DNA of 64,000 bases from Zootoca vivipara (Eukaryota), in assembly GCF_963506605.1 (NCBI RefSeq), contig NC_083285.1, positions 69,378,001 through 69,442,000 on the forward strand, read 5' to 3'. Positions 21,001 to 33,320 of this stretch are shown here, in pieces. Position 1 is the stretch's first letter. The number at the start of each line of letters is the position of its first letter. The notes beneath the pieces were generated by a model. The model was not told the origin of the DNA, made no database searches, and was given only the letters and a program-made list of their open reading frames with translations. The position numbers were made by a program, and so were the translations under genes.

Positions 21001-24000
21001 GGTATTTTATCAAAGTAATTGTCGGAGTGAAATACAGTTAAGAAGTACAGTTGTACCTCTGCTTACATATCCCTCTGGATACGTAAACTTCGGGTTGCAA
21101 ACGCAGCAAACCCGGAAGTATATACTTCCAGGTTTTGTCACGCGCACATGCGCAGAAGCGCTCAATTGCGCCATACAAAGTTTTCAGGATGCGGCTGAGT
21201 CTCCTGAATGGATCCTGTTCGTAACCGGAGGTTACAATTAAGAAGAAGTATATTGGGGGGGGGCAAGAGAGTGGGGCCCTAAGCTATAGCTTGTTTAGCT
21301 TATACATAAATCTGGCACTGCTCACAGACACACGGGACAAAACTGATGTAATAAAGGAATGCAGAATATTTGTTACTTATGAAAAGTTGAAGCCGCAAGG
21401 AGATAGAGGGGGGAAGTCAACAAATACAGAAGGGATTCAAACAAGATTTCTTTAGCAGAAAGAAAGTGTCTGTAAAGAAAGTAAGAAAAGAGGGAGCATA
21501 AATGCAATTTCTTTCTGGGAACTTGGAGTACAGAAAAATCCAATTACTGTTTGAATCCTCTGAATAACTTTGTGTACATGATCAATTTCTTTTTTTTTTT
21601 TCCTGGATTTTCTTGTCTTTTTTCCTTTTTATAATTTTGTATTTTTTTTGTAGTTTTCTTTTTATTCTTCAAAGATGTGGGTGTGATGCTCAATATTGCT
21701 TTCTTTGTAAAAATAATAATAATATGCAATAAAGATTTAAAAATAAAGATAAAGGATAAAAATATACACCTAAGCTCTCTACTTCTTCTATCACGCTCAC
21801 CCCTTTCCCCCTGTTCCCTCCGCTCGTGATCCCTCCAGGTTACGACTGCCCGACCTCCGAAGGGATCTTTGACTATGCGGCCGCAGTAGGAGGAGCCACC
21901 ATCACGGCCGCCCAGTGCTTGGTGAACGGCGACTGCCGGGTTGCCATCAACTGGCCCGGAGGCTGGCATCACGCAAAGAAGTAAGGAAGTTCTGTCTTGT
22001 CTTGTTGCTTCTCCCAGACCCTGCATTCTTAGGCCTGTTCCACCTTGGCATCCGCCAGGCCTGCGGGGAGAGGAATCATAGAATCCCAGCACCCCCCAGG
22101 GGTCATAGAATCATAGAGTTGGAAGAGACCACAAGGGCCATCCATTCCAACCCCCTGCCAAGCAGGAAACACCATCAAAGCATTCTTGACATATGCCTGT
22201 CAAGCCTCTGCTTAAAGACCTCCAAAGAAGGAGACTCCACCACACTCCTTGGCAGCAAATTCCACTGCCGAACAGCTCTTACTGTCAGGAAGTTCTTCCT
22301 AATGTTTAGCTGGAATCTTCTTTCTTGTAGCTTGAATCCATTGCTCCGTGTCCGCTTCTCTGGGTCATCTAGTCCTAACTCCCTGCAAAGCAGGAATCTC
22401 GACTGAAGCATCCATGGCAGATGGGCATCCAACCTCTATATTTGACATAGATTTAGAACCTACTCACCATTGATTTTAAATTTGATTGTCCTGCACTTGT
22501 CTGTTTTGTTTGTTTGTTGTCTGTTCATTTTACTTTTACGCACCTTAAACTCGATGTAAAAACTTTAGATTTTTCAAATGTATACATTTCATTAGTTTTA
22601 CAATCCATTTAACATTTCAAAATTGGACTTCCTTCCCCCTCCTTCTACCGCTCCTTAAATTTATTTTTTAATATCTTCTGCATATCCAAATTCATTTAAC
22701 TTGCTCATTTCATTATCAACTATAAATAGATACTCTTATAAAACTGCAGGTTACTACAATAATCCTGCTAATGTAAAAACCTAATAATAATTTTTTAAAC
22801 TCCACCAGCATCTGAGGGAGTCTATTCTGCTGTCGAACGGCTCCTGCTGTTGGAAAGTTCTTCTTGATGTTGAGTCGGAATCTCCTTTCTTGTAACCTGA
22901 AGCCGTTGGTTTGGGTCCTACCCTCCAGAGCAGGAGAAAAGCAAGCTTGATCAATTTCCCCCTGGGATAGCCCTTTAGATACCTAAAGATGCCTATCATA
23001 TTTCCTCTCGGCTAGCTAAGCAGCTCAGGGTGATGACCAAGAAGGAGGGCAAGCAGTCCTAGCTGGTTAGAAACATGACTGAGGTCATTTCTGCAGCTGG
23101 GAATATTCCTCTTGCCTACCAGAGGGGGGAGACCTGCCATCAAAAATGTTCTGTCTTCTGGTTTGTCACTATCTATATTTATAATTTTTATTAGTTTTCC
23201 ATTTAGCGATATATAATCACATCATTATGATCCACTTTAGCTCCCTGGCTCTCTAGATCCTATCGACTTCCAAAATTAACTTTTATATCATAGCATTTTA
23301 TGCATTTTCCAATTCTAATGACACTCATTACAAAATACCTCCAAATTTAAATAAATATAAAAAGGGAGAAAACTTCTCATTGCAGGTCTTCAGACAACTC
23401 TGCTGGTGAAGTTAATTGCTTACAATAATCTTTCAAATATCGTATGAATTTACTCCAGTCCTTCTAGAATACTTGGTTGTGCTGGTTTTGGATTTTTCCC
23501 GTCAGCTTCTCCAGTTCCGCAAAGTCCATCATCTTCGTCTGCCTCTCTTCTTTTGTTGGTACTTCTTGATGTTTCCATCTTGGGGCTAAAAAGGATTCTT
23601 GCCGCGGTTGTCGCATCCATAAATAGTCTTTTATCTCCCCTTGGTATCTCTTCCCCCACTATACCCAGTAAAAAGGCTTCTGGTTTTTTAACAAAAGTTT
23701 TTAAAAATACTTTATTTAGCTCATTATATACCATTTCCTAGAAAGCCTTTCCCTCTTTACAAGTCCACCACATGTGGTAGAAGATACCTTTCCCCTCTTT
23801 ACATTTCCAGCACTCGTTAGTTCTTGTCTTGAAGATTTTAGCCAATTTAGCTGGTGTTAAATACCATCTGTACATCATTTTTGTAACATCTTCTTTAAGT
23901 GTGCTGCCTGCAGTAAAATTGATACCTTCCTTCCACAACCTTTCCCAGGATTCTAGCTGAATATTATATCCAAAATCTTTAGCCCATTGTAACCTCATCA

Positions 24001-24486
24001 CCACTTTAACCTCCTCATTGTTAGCATGCCACTCCAGTAATCATTTATACATTTCCGATAATATTTTCCTACTATCATCCAATAATTCTATCTCAATCCT
24101 AGATCTTACTCGATTCAGGTAGGTAGCCGTGTTGGTCTGACGCAGTAAAAAAATTTTTAAAAATTGTCCCGTAGCACCTTAGAGACCACCTTACATATAC
24201 CCAGAACAAATTGAGTTGGTCTCTTAAGGTGCTACAGGACAATTTTTTAAAAAAATTATTTCAACTAGATCTTACTGTTTCAAAACGAGATTCCTCATTT
24301 TCTTATTTGGGGTTTGGGTTTTTTATTTCATTCACCGCCCCCCAAGATCTTTTATTCCAAAAGGACTGAAGGCAGCCCTGTTTAGGGAGGCTTTTAATGT
24401 TTAATAGATTATTTTATTTCATTTTTCTGTTGGAAGCCGCACAGAGTGGCTGGGGAAACCCAGCCAGATGGGCGACGTATAAATAA

Positions 24487-24537
<51 letters not shown>

Positions 24538-27500
24538 TTACCGTGCTGCCTGCCTTCCACAACCTTTCCCGGGATTCTAACTGGATATTATATCTGAAAT
24601 CTCATATCACTATAAGATTAATGTCACTATAACTTCTTCCTCTCCGTATGCCTAATTTTCCTCTACAAAATCTGCCCGCTCACAGTGGAGAGCGCCATGT
24701 TCTTGGCTTCGTTTGGCAGCTTCTGAACCTTCATATTTCACCAGTCATGTTTATTTGCAGGGACGAAGCTTCCGGCTTCTGCTACCTGAACGACGCCGTC
24801 CTGGGCATCTTGCGGCTCCGGCAGAAATTTGGCCGCGTTCTCTATGTGGACTTAGATCTCCATCACGGGGATGGTAAGGATCCTGCCAGCACATGGGTGA
24901 TGTGACTTGACTTGTTCCTGCTGCTTTGGTTTTTTTGTGTGTTTTTTTAAATAATTTTTTAAATTAAATTTCCATTTTAACAATCCAATAAAAACCACAA
25001 TAAAACATTCCAAATTATAATACCATCAAAAATAAGCCAAATATTCAATGCCAAATTATATATCTTTTGGGTGACTTCCCATGCTCTGAAGTTCGTGGAG
25101 TGATGATCTAATATCATACTCCATTTCTTAATTAGTGCAAATAGTCCAAATAAAACATTTCCGATGTTGATCCTTCTTTTATTTTTAACAGTCACTGAAT
25201 TAATTTAGCAAGCGAGTTTTTAGTTCTGCGTGAAATATTTTTACTTTTCTTCTTCTTTATTTTCCTATTGTAATCCAAAGACCTCAGGGACGCAACTTTT
25301 GGTTTCTGCACACAAGGGCAAATCTCAGTGTGTCACATCCAAGACAGAGAACTAGCTTTCTGCCATTAGCCCCGGGCAGATATCCAAAATTCCCTTCTGT
25401 GATCTTGTTCCAGCTGCTGATGAGCTGATGCCCCAGCGCAAACACCATAACTCCCATCAAGAATTCTTTTTATCATAGCATTGAGGGCCGTTGCCAGAAT
25501 AATAATCAAAATTTCACACAATCAATTTTGTAGTTAACCATAACGAGATACTCTTTCAATCCTGCTTGCATATCAGTCAATAAAACAGCAAATGGAAAAT
25601 GTATCAAAAGAAAATAATGGAGGCTCACCTCCGCCGTCATACAGATCCAATTACGACAAAAATTCCTTCTCCAGATCAAAACCTTGGCACTCAGTGGCTG
25701 ATTCCAATTAGCCAGGTCCTCGTTTGACGCTAACCACCAGGGTGGATTTGATTTAAATCAAATCAATTTAAATCACTAGTCACTAAGACTTGATTTAAAT
25801 CACTAGTCACTAAGATTTGTTTTAAATCTTTTTTTCTTTTCTTTTTTACAGAAAGACTAATTCTTGCTGGTATAACCTTCATATTGACAACCAGAGGAAG
25901 TTTCCATTTTTGGAATAATAAATTTTCAGAGTAGTTTTTACAGTTATATCAAAAATTACTGATTTGGTTATACTACTAGAAATACATAGAGAGATAATTA
26001 CGAAATTACTGTGAGGTTAAATTTTATATTTAGACAACTTTTCTGCTTTACTTTGCTGGAAGGAGGAAAATAATCAGTTCCTTAATAACAATTTATTTAA
26101 CTAAAACAATAACATTATAGCATATGTGTGAGGGACAGGGGATATCGCGAAGTCCCTCCCCTCCTGAGTTCAAGCCAATCCCCGAGCACAGGGGGAAGCA
26201 GAGAGAGTTCCGATTCCAGTGGGGAAGCAGGAAGTCGTGTCCGAGGCTCAGGCAAGGTAGAGGAGCCAGGGTCCCAGGTGGGACAGGAAGGGGCGAATAA
26301 GGGCGGGAGAGCTGCGTAGCGTCGTTACTCTGAAGTAGTCCGCTCCGGCCACTGTGACAGCAACCTCCTAATCCTTTTTGGGCTACTTTGGAGTTGCCAG
26401 GATGAGCGTGTCAGAGGCGGAGAGATGGCGGCAGATCGCGGAGCAAGCCCAGCAAGAACTGCAGCAGCTGTCGCTGCAGGCGCAGGGGGAATTGAAGGCA
26501 GCTAAAGAAGAGACTAAGAAGGTCCAGGACGACCGGCTACAACTTGCGGAACAGGTGAGAGCGCTACAGGAAAGAGAGCAGGAATTAAGGGCGGTGGCGG
26601 TAGACCTCCAAAACAAGCTGGATGCAGAGAAAAACAAGGCGGGAGGGGCACCCCAAGTCCAAGTGCTGCCAGGAAGGAGAGCCGGGACGCTAGTAAGCAA
26701 GTTTAATGGAGACCCGAAGGAATATCAGGGCTTTGAGACTGAGATTGTGTATGCTCTTGAGCTGCACCACGATGAGTTCCCTGATGATGAGCACAGGGTA
26801 GCGTTTATTGTGGAGCACCTTACCGGGGCAGCCAGGGAGTGGCTAAGACCGTTAATTGCAACAAAGAATCCTTGCATGAAGAATGTCAAACTATTTCTAG
26901 AAGGTTTGAAAACGATGTATTCGTCCGATAGTCATATGGACCAGACTAAGGAGGAACTTCACAATTTACGCCAAGGAAATGTGACAGTTCGCGCGTATTG
27001 GGCGAAATTCACCATGCTGGTGCACAGATTGGGGTGGGAACTAGAGTCACCCCCAATGCAAGCGGCGTTCTACTTGGGGTTGCATGAGGAGGTGAAGGAT
27101 GAGCTCTCGAGAGGTCCAAAGCCCAGTAATATGGATCAGCTGAGCAAAGCGGCTCTGGCGGTGGGGGTGAGACAGGAATCCCGGTGGAGCGACAAGCAAG
27201 CAACGCGCGCAAAGCGGGCTTGGTTCCCACGGTCGCAGGAGAAGCCACCCTCCCAACAACCCTTTCAAGCCACGCCTGGGGCCAGTCAGGACCAGGAACC
27301 CATGCAGATTGATAGCGCGCGCGCGCGGGCTTTTCAAACCCCAGCGGCGCCAAGACGCAAGGAGGGAAGGGGTGGGAATTGCTTTCTCTGCAACTCCCCC
27401 CAGCATCTCGTCAGAGACTGCCCACATCGCAGGGAGTGGCAAGGAAAGGCGGGAACGGTTGTGCCCTCCCCCACTGACGCAGCACCACAGCAGGGAAACG

Positions 27501-30500
27501 GGAAAGCCTGGCTGCAGGAGACAAGGGGCAGCAGCCAGGCACAGTCAGCAGACAACAGCCCCAGCCCACCCACCAGCACAGAGAGGAGCAGAGCCAGCCC
27601 ACCCCTCCCAGAGCAGGAGTGGTTCTAGAAGTGACGCTCACGCTCCCAAATGGCTATCCCCTGACAGTCCTCGCCTTAATTGACAGTGGGGCGTCAGCGA
27701 ACTTCTTCTCGAGGAACTTTGCAGAAGAGCACCAGATCCAGCTTCTGCAGCTGGATTTTCCTCTGCACGTGGCGACCATTGACGGCAGAGAGCTGCTGGG
27801 AGGGGCCATCACTCATCAACCCCCCCCCATGAAAATGACGGTGGGAAGGCACTCAGAGACACTGGCATTCAACGTCACCACCATCTCAGACCCCCCCATC
27901 GTCTTGGGCATGAGCTGGCTGGCGCGCCACGACCCCTCCATCAGTTGGCACCAGAGATGCATCACTTTTGGATCGGACTTTTGCCTGGAACATTGCATGC
28001 AGCACCAACCAGGGGAGGGGCCTCCGATAGCCACGGTGGCCACCATGCACGTCAAAGGGGGTGAGGCGATACCCAAGCCGTACTGGGACCTGCAGGAGGT
28101 CTTCAGCGAAGCGGAGTCCGACCACCTACCCCCACACAGGCCTTTTGACTGCCAGATCAACCTGGTGCCAGGGGCAACTATACCCCCAGCCAAGCTGTAC
28201 GCCATGTCAGACCAGGAACTGGAGGATCTGCGCGCTTTCATCGACAAGAACCTCAAGCGGGGGTTCATCAGAGAAAGCAAGGCAGCAGGGGGCAGCCCGG
28301 TCTTCTGGGTGGACAAGAAAGACACGCAACAGCGCCGTCTGGGAGTGGATTTTAGACGACTGAATTCAGTGACAGAGCCAGTGGCTTTCCCCATGCCCAG
28401 AGTGGATGATCTCCTGACAGCGGCACGCAGGGGCAAGATTTTCACCAAGCTAGACCTGAGGGGGGCGTACAACTTGATCAGGATCCGGGAAGGCGATGAA
28501 TGGAAAACCACGATGTTCACGCCTCTGGGCTCTTTTGAATATCTGGTGATGCCCTTCGGGTTGCAAGGGGGCTCAGCATGCTTCCAGGCCTTCATGCACC
28601 ACGTCCTGGGGTCCCTCCTCTTCAGGAAATGCTTGGTCTTCCTGGATGACATCCTTATTTACTCCAATGACCCAGTGCAGCATGTGAAAGATGTCAGGGA
28701 GGTGTTGCAGCGCCTGAAGGAGAACCACCTGTATGTGAAGCTGGAGAAGTGCAAGTTTCACACCAAGGAGGTGGACTTCCTGGGCTACAAGCTGTCAGAC
28801 AAGGGGCTGGCGATGGACAAGGACAAGGTGCAGGCCATCCTGGACTGGCACAGCCCCAGGACGCGCAAAGATGCCCAACGCCTACTAGGCTTCGCCAACT
28901 TCTACAGGAAGTTCATCAAGAACTTCTCTCGCGTTACGGCTCCCATCACTGACTGCCTGAGAGGCAAGCAGAAGTTCAGGTGGACACCAGAGGCGCAAGC
29001 AGCGTTCGAAAGCCTCAAGAGGGTGTTCGCCTCAGACCAGAACCTGTTCCACGTGGTTCAGGACGCGCCCCTACGCGTGGAGACAGATGCTTCTGATAAA
29101 GCTGTGGGCGCCATTTTGTTGCAACTGGACGCCAACAGAGAGTGAAGACCCTGTGCCTTCTTCTCCAGGAAGTTGACCCAGCCAGAGCGAAACTACACGG
29201 TGTTTGATCGGGAACTTCTTGCGATCCACGCTGCGTTCCAGCACTGGAGACACTTCCTGGTGGGCGCCAAGCACCCCATCCAAGTGTGCACGGACCACAA
29301 AAACCTGGAGTTCTGGAGAACTGCCAGGGTGCTCAACCAGCGGCAGATACGGTGGGCAGAGTTCTTCTCGAACTTCAACTTCTCCATACACTACATCCCG
29401 GGAGAGCAGAATGTCAGGGCGGATGCCCTCTCCCGCAAGCCAGAGTACATGGAGGAGGAGGCGCCACCGGCACCCAGGCACATTTTCCCCCCGTCAGCAT
29501 GGTCCTGCGGAGCAGCAGTGGTGAGCGAGGCAGAACTCACAGCACTGACGGCAGCGGATGAATTTGCCAACCGCATCTTCAGAGAACTGAGAGGGGGGGG
29601 AGCAGGCAAAAGACTTTGCAGAACGCAGGGGGCTGCTTTTCTACAAAGGTGCACTGTACCTGCCCACCACCCAGCTTAGACGTACGGTCCTCAAGCAGAT
29701 GCACGACAACCCAACGGCGGGTCATTTTGGGAGGGACAAAACCACTCACCTAGTCATGAGACACTTCTGGTGGCCAGGGGTGAGGGAAGATGTTCGAGAC
29801 TATGTAAGGGGCTGTGACACCTGCCAGCGGGCAAAGGTGGTCAGAGCAGCGCCACCGGGATTGCTGGAGCCCTTAGCCACGCCACACAGGCCGTGGGAAG
29901 TGGTGTCCATGGACTTCATCACAGATCTGCCTTCTTCCAGGGGCAAGACCGCAGTGTTGGTGGTGGTGGACCTCATGTCCAAAATGTGCCATTTTATACC
30001 GTGTGCCAGGGCGGTCTCTGCAGAAGAGACAGCCAAACTGTTTGTGGATCACGTATTCAGACTGCATGGATTACCCTTAAGGGTTATTTCGGATCGTGGC
30101 CGCCAATTTGTTTCCAGGTTCTGGCGGCGGCTCATGAACCTCCTGCAGGTGGAGGTCAGCTTGTCGACGGCTAGACACCCGCAGACCAATGGACAGGCGG
30201 AGAGGGTCAACGCCATTCTGCAGCAGTACCTGAGATGTTACGTCAGCCAGAGGCAAACGGACTGGGTGGATCGCCTGCCACTGGCAGAATTTGCCTACAA
30301 CAATGCGGTGCACGTCTCCACAGGGGTGTCGCCCTTTAAGGCCAATTACGGGCGTGACCTCAGATCTTTCCCAGAGAGGGAGGGGGAGGAGGAGGAGGAA
30401 GGCCCACAGGCTGAGGATTGGGCAGAGGAACTGGAGACGGTGCACCAGCAGCTCAGAGAACACTTGGAGAGAGCCAAGGAAGCGTACAAGAGGGGGGCAG

Positions 30501-32895
30501 ATCGCCACAGGCGACCGGGGGAGGTCATTAGGGTGGGGGACAAAGTTTGGTTGTCCTCGGAGGGCCTTCCCATCAGAGGGCGATGCAAAAAGCTGGCGCC
30601 CAGAAGGTTGGGCCCCTTCACGGTCACGCAACAGGTCAACCCGGTGGCATACAGGCTGGCACTGCCAGAGGACATGAGGGTGCACCCAGTGTTTCATAGA
30701 TCGCTGCTGTCGCCGTACAGGGAAAGCAGCAGGCTCCGAGACAGCGAACAAACCCCTGAGGGAGGGGGGGAGAGGGAAGGCAGGGAGCAACTCAATGAGG
30801 CCACAGCCATCCTGGATTCAAGGTGGGGGGTGGGGGGACTGGAGTACCTCATGGCATGGGAGGATGCTCCACCGTCCCAGAATGAATGGGTCCCAGCCAC
30901 TCAGATACAGGAGGAATTCCTGGTAGAAGAATTTCACGCCTTCTTTCCCCATAGACCCAAGCCCTGGCACATGGAAAGGGAGGGGGAGGGGGAGGAAGCA
31001 CGGGAGAGCAGTTCACCATGGCGCTGGGAAGCGGAGTTTGAGGAACCAGAGGATGAGGTATGGGTGTCACCGAGATCCACCCAGTCAGAGGAAGGAGCAG
31101 ATTGGCAGAACATTTTTACCCCCACCAGCTCTGACGCCACAGACTTTTTGGGATTCCCGTCCTCCCAGGCGGAAGGGGGGGGCTTGCAGGACTGGGGGGA
31201 GGTGTTCACACCAACGGGCTCGGAAAGCACTGAGTTCTTAGGCTTCCAGTCGTCACCGACACCTGGGGGGGACCTGGGGAGGGGTGAAGGAGAGCTTGGG
31301 AGGGGGGTGGATGTGAGGGACAGGGGATATCGCGAAGTCCCTCCCCTCCTGAGTTCAAGCCAATCCCCGAGCACAGGGGGAAGCAGAGAGAGTTCCGATT
31401 CCAGTGGGGAAGCAGGAAGTCGTGTCCGAGGCTCAGGCAAGGTAGAGGAGCCAGGGTCCCAGGTGGGACAGGAAGGGGCGAATAAGGGCGGGAGACCCAT
31501 CCCCCCAACTCCGGAATTACGCAGAAAGAGGAGGGGAAAGAGGATGGGTCTGCCAAAGCTTTTGTGTTGGAGAAAGACGCGCCAAAAGCCATTAGGAGGT
31601 TCTGAAACCGACTGACCACATCACTCCGTGTAAATAGCAATGACTTAAGCACTGTAAATACGCAGCACCAATAAAAGAATAAAATGCAGAGCTGCGTAGC
31701 GTCGTTACTCTGAAGTAGTCCGCTCCGGCCACTGTGACAATATGTATCCATGTTTGTTAACTGATGTGGTCAAACAAAAAACAAAACAAAAACAACAATA
31801 ATAAACTTAGACTGAGTTTTAGCACACATGAAAAACAGGAAACAAATCCTTATTTCCTGATGAATAGCCTTTGGACTAGAATGTAACTTCAATAGAAAAA
31901 TAGAAAGATCTTTAGCAACTGTCATAAAAGCTATGAGATTGTGTTGTCTTTCAGCTTCCTTCCCTGATAAGCCCCCTTCTGTTCTGCTATAGTAGGGGTC
32001 GGCAAGGTTTACCTCTCCTGGGCCGGTTCACTCCAGCGGAGATCCCTCCGTGGGCTGGATCACATGTGCTCTGCCGCGATTTCCAGCGTCTGTGTCTGCG
32101 CAGACATGATTTCCGGCGTCTGCCTCTGTGCAGACGCGATTTCTGGCGTCTGAGCATGCGCAGACACGATTTCTGCCACCGCGGAAGCGAGGCACCACGC
32201 TGTGCCGGTTTAGTGCCACACACGGGGACTCACTGAGTGGGTGGCTCGGTTTGGGGGCGGCTCGTGGGCTGGTTAAACGACCCCCATGGGCCTTAGGTTG
32301 CCGGCCCCTGTGCTATAGGGTCTCTGGACTCCAGGACTAGACTCTGTAGCTGATGTGAGTGGCTGGTGGGCAAGGAGCCTGTCGCAATTATTTCACTTCT
32401 CTCTCTCTTCCTTTCCACCCAGGTGTAGAAGATGCCTTCATCTTCACCTCCAAAGTGATGACGGTGTCTCTGCATAAGTTCTCTCCAGGGTTTTTCCCAG
32501 GCAAGTGATTATTATGTATTTATTTTACTGTGCTTGAGTGTTGCTTCCCTTCAGCTCCCCATTGGCTCCCAGTACGTTTCCAGGCACAATTCCACCCCCA
32601 TCGTTCTGCCCGGACACTGAGGTCCGGCTCTGAGGGCCTCCTGGTGGTTCCCTCCCTGCTAGAAGTGAAGTTACAAGGAACCAGGCAGAGGGCCTTCTCG
32701 GTGGTGGCGCCTGCCCTGTGGAACGCCCTCCCATCAGATGTCAAGGAAATAAACAACTACCTGACTTTTAGAAGGCATCTGAAGGCAGCCCTGTTTAGGG
32801 AAGCTTTTAATGTTTGATGATTTATTGTACTTTAACATTCTGTTAGAAGCTGCCCAGCGTGGCTGGGGAAACCCAGCCAGATGGGCAGGGTATAA

Positions 32896-32936
<41 letters not shown>

Positions 32937-33239
32937 CCCTTCCAATTTCTCCTTCCGCCTCTACCAAACCAGATTCCATTCTCCGTCAGCTCTCTCAGCC
33001 TTTCAGCTCCATGCAACAGAAATGATGGACGGGGGACACACACCCTCAGAGCAGCCCTGGTGCCCTCTAGGCGTTCCACACTACAGTTCCCATAAGCCCT
33101 AGCATCCTATGGCCATGCTGATTGGTGCTGGAGTGCACCCGGTTGGGGAAGGACTGATCTAGGGGTTTGGCGATACTTCGGTTCCCATGTAAACTGCTTT
33201 AAGTTTCAGGATCAGTTCCTTGATCCAAGGGTTTCTCTT

Positions 33240-33320
<81 letters not shown>

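Larger units (their letters stand above)
26127..31739 (+). mobile_element. Ty3/Gypsy chromovirus (Tf1/sushi group) LTR retrotransposon, near full length, in HDAC8 intron 5
   Basis: TG...CA LTRs 26127-26359 and 31312-31739; 5-bp TSD ATATG (26122-26126, 31740-31744); PPT just before 31312; order gag-PR-RT-RH-IN-chromodomain. Confidence 0.97.
25738..31930 (+). mobile_element. AT-rich non-autonomous DNA transposon (probably hAT) interrupted by the Gypsy element
   Basis: Starts CAGGGTGGATTTGATTTAAATC; its sequence resumes after the 3' LTR; uninterrupted homolog at ~19213-19725. Confidence 0.7.

Noticed and set aside
27816-28652. 278-aa antisense ORF (also 30077-30790) within the Gypsy element
   Set aside because: Shadow frames of GC3-rich pol; no recognisable motifs.
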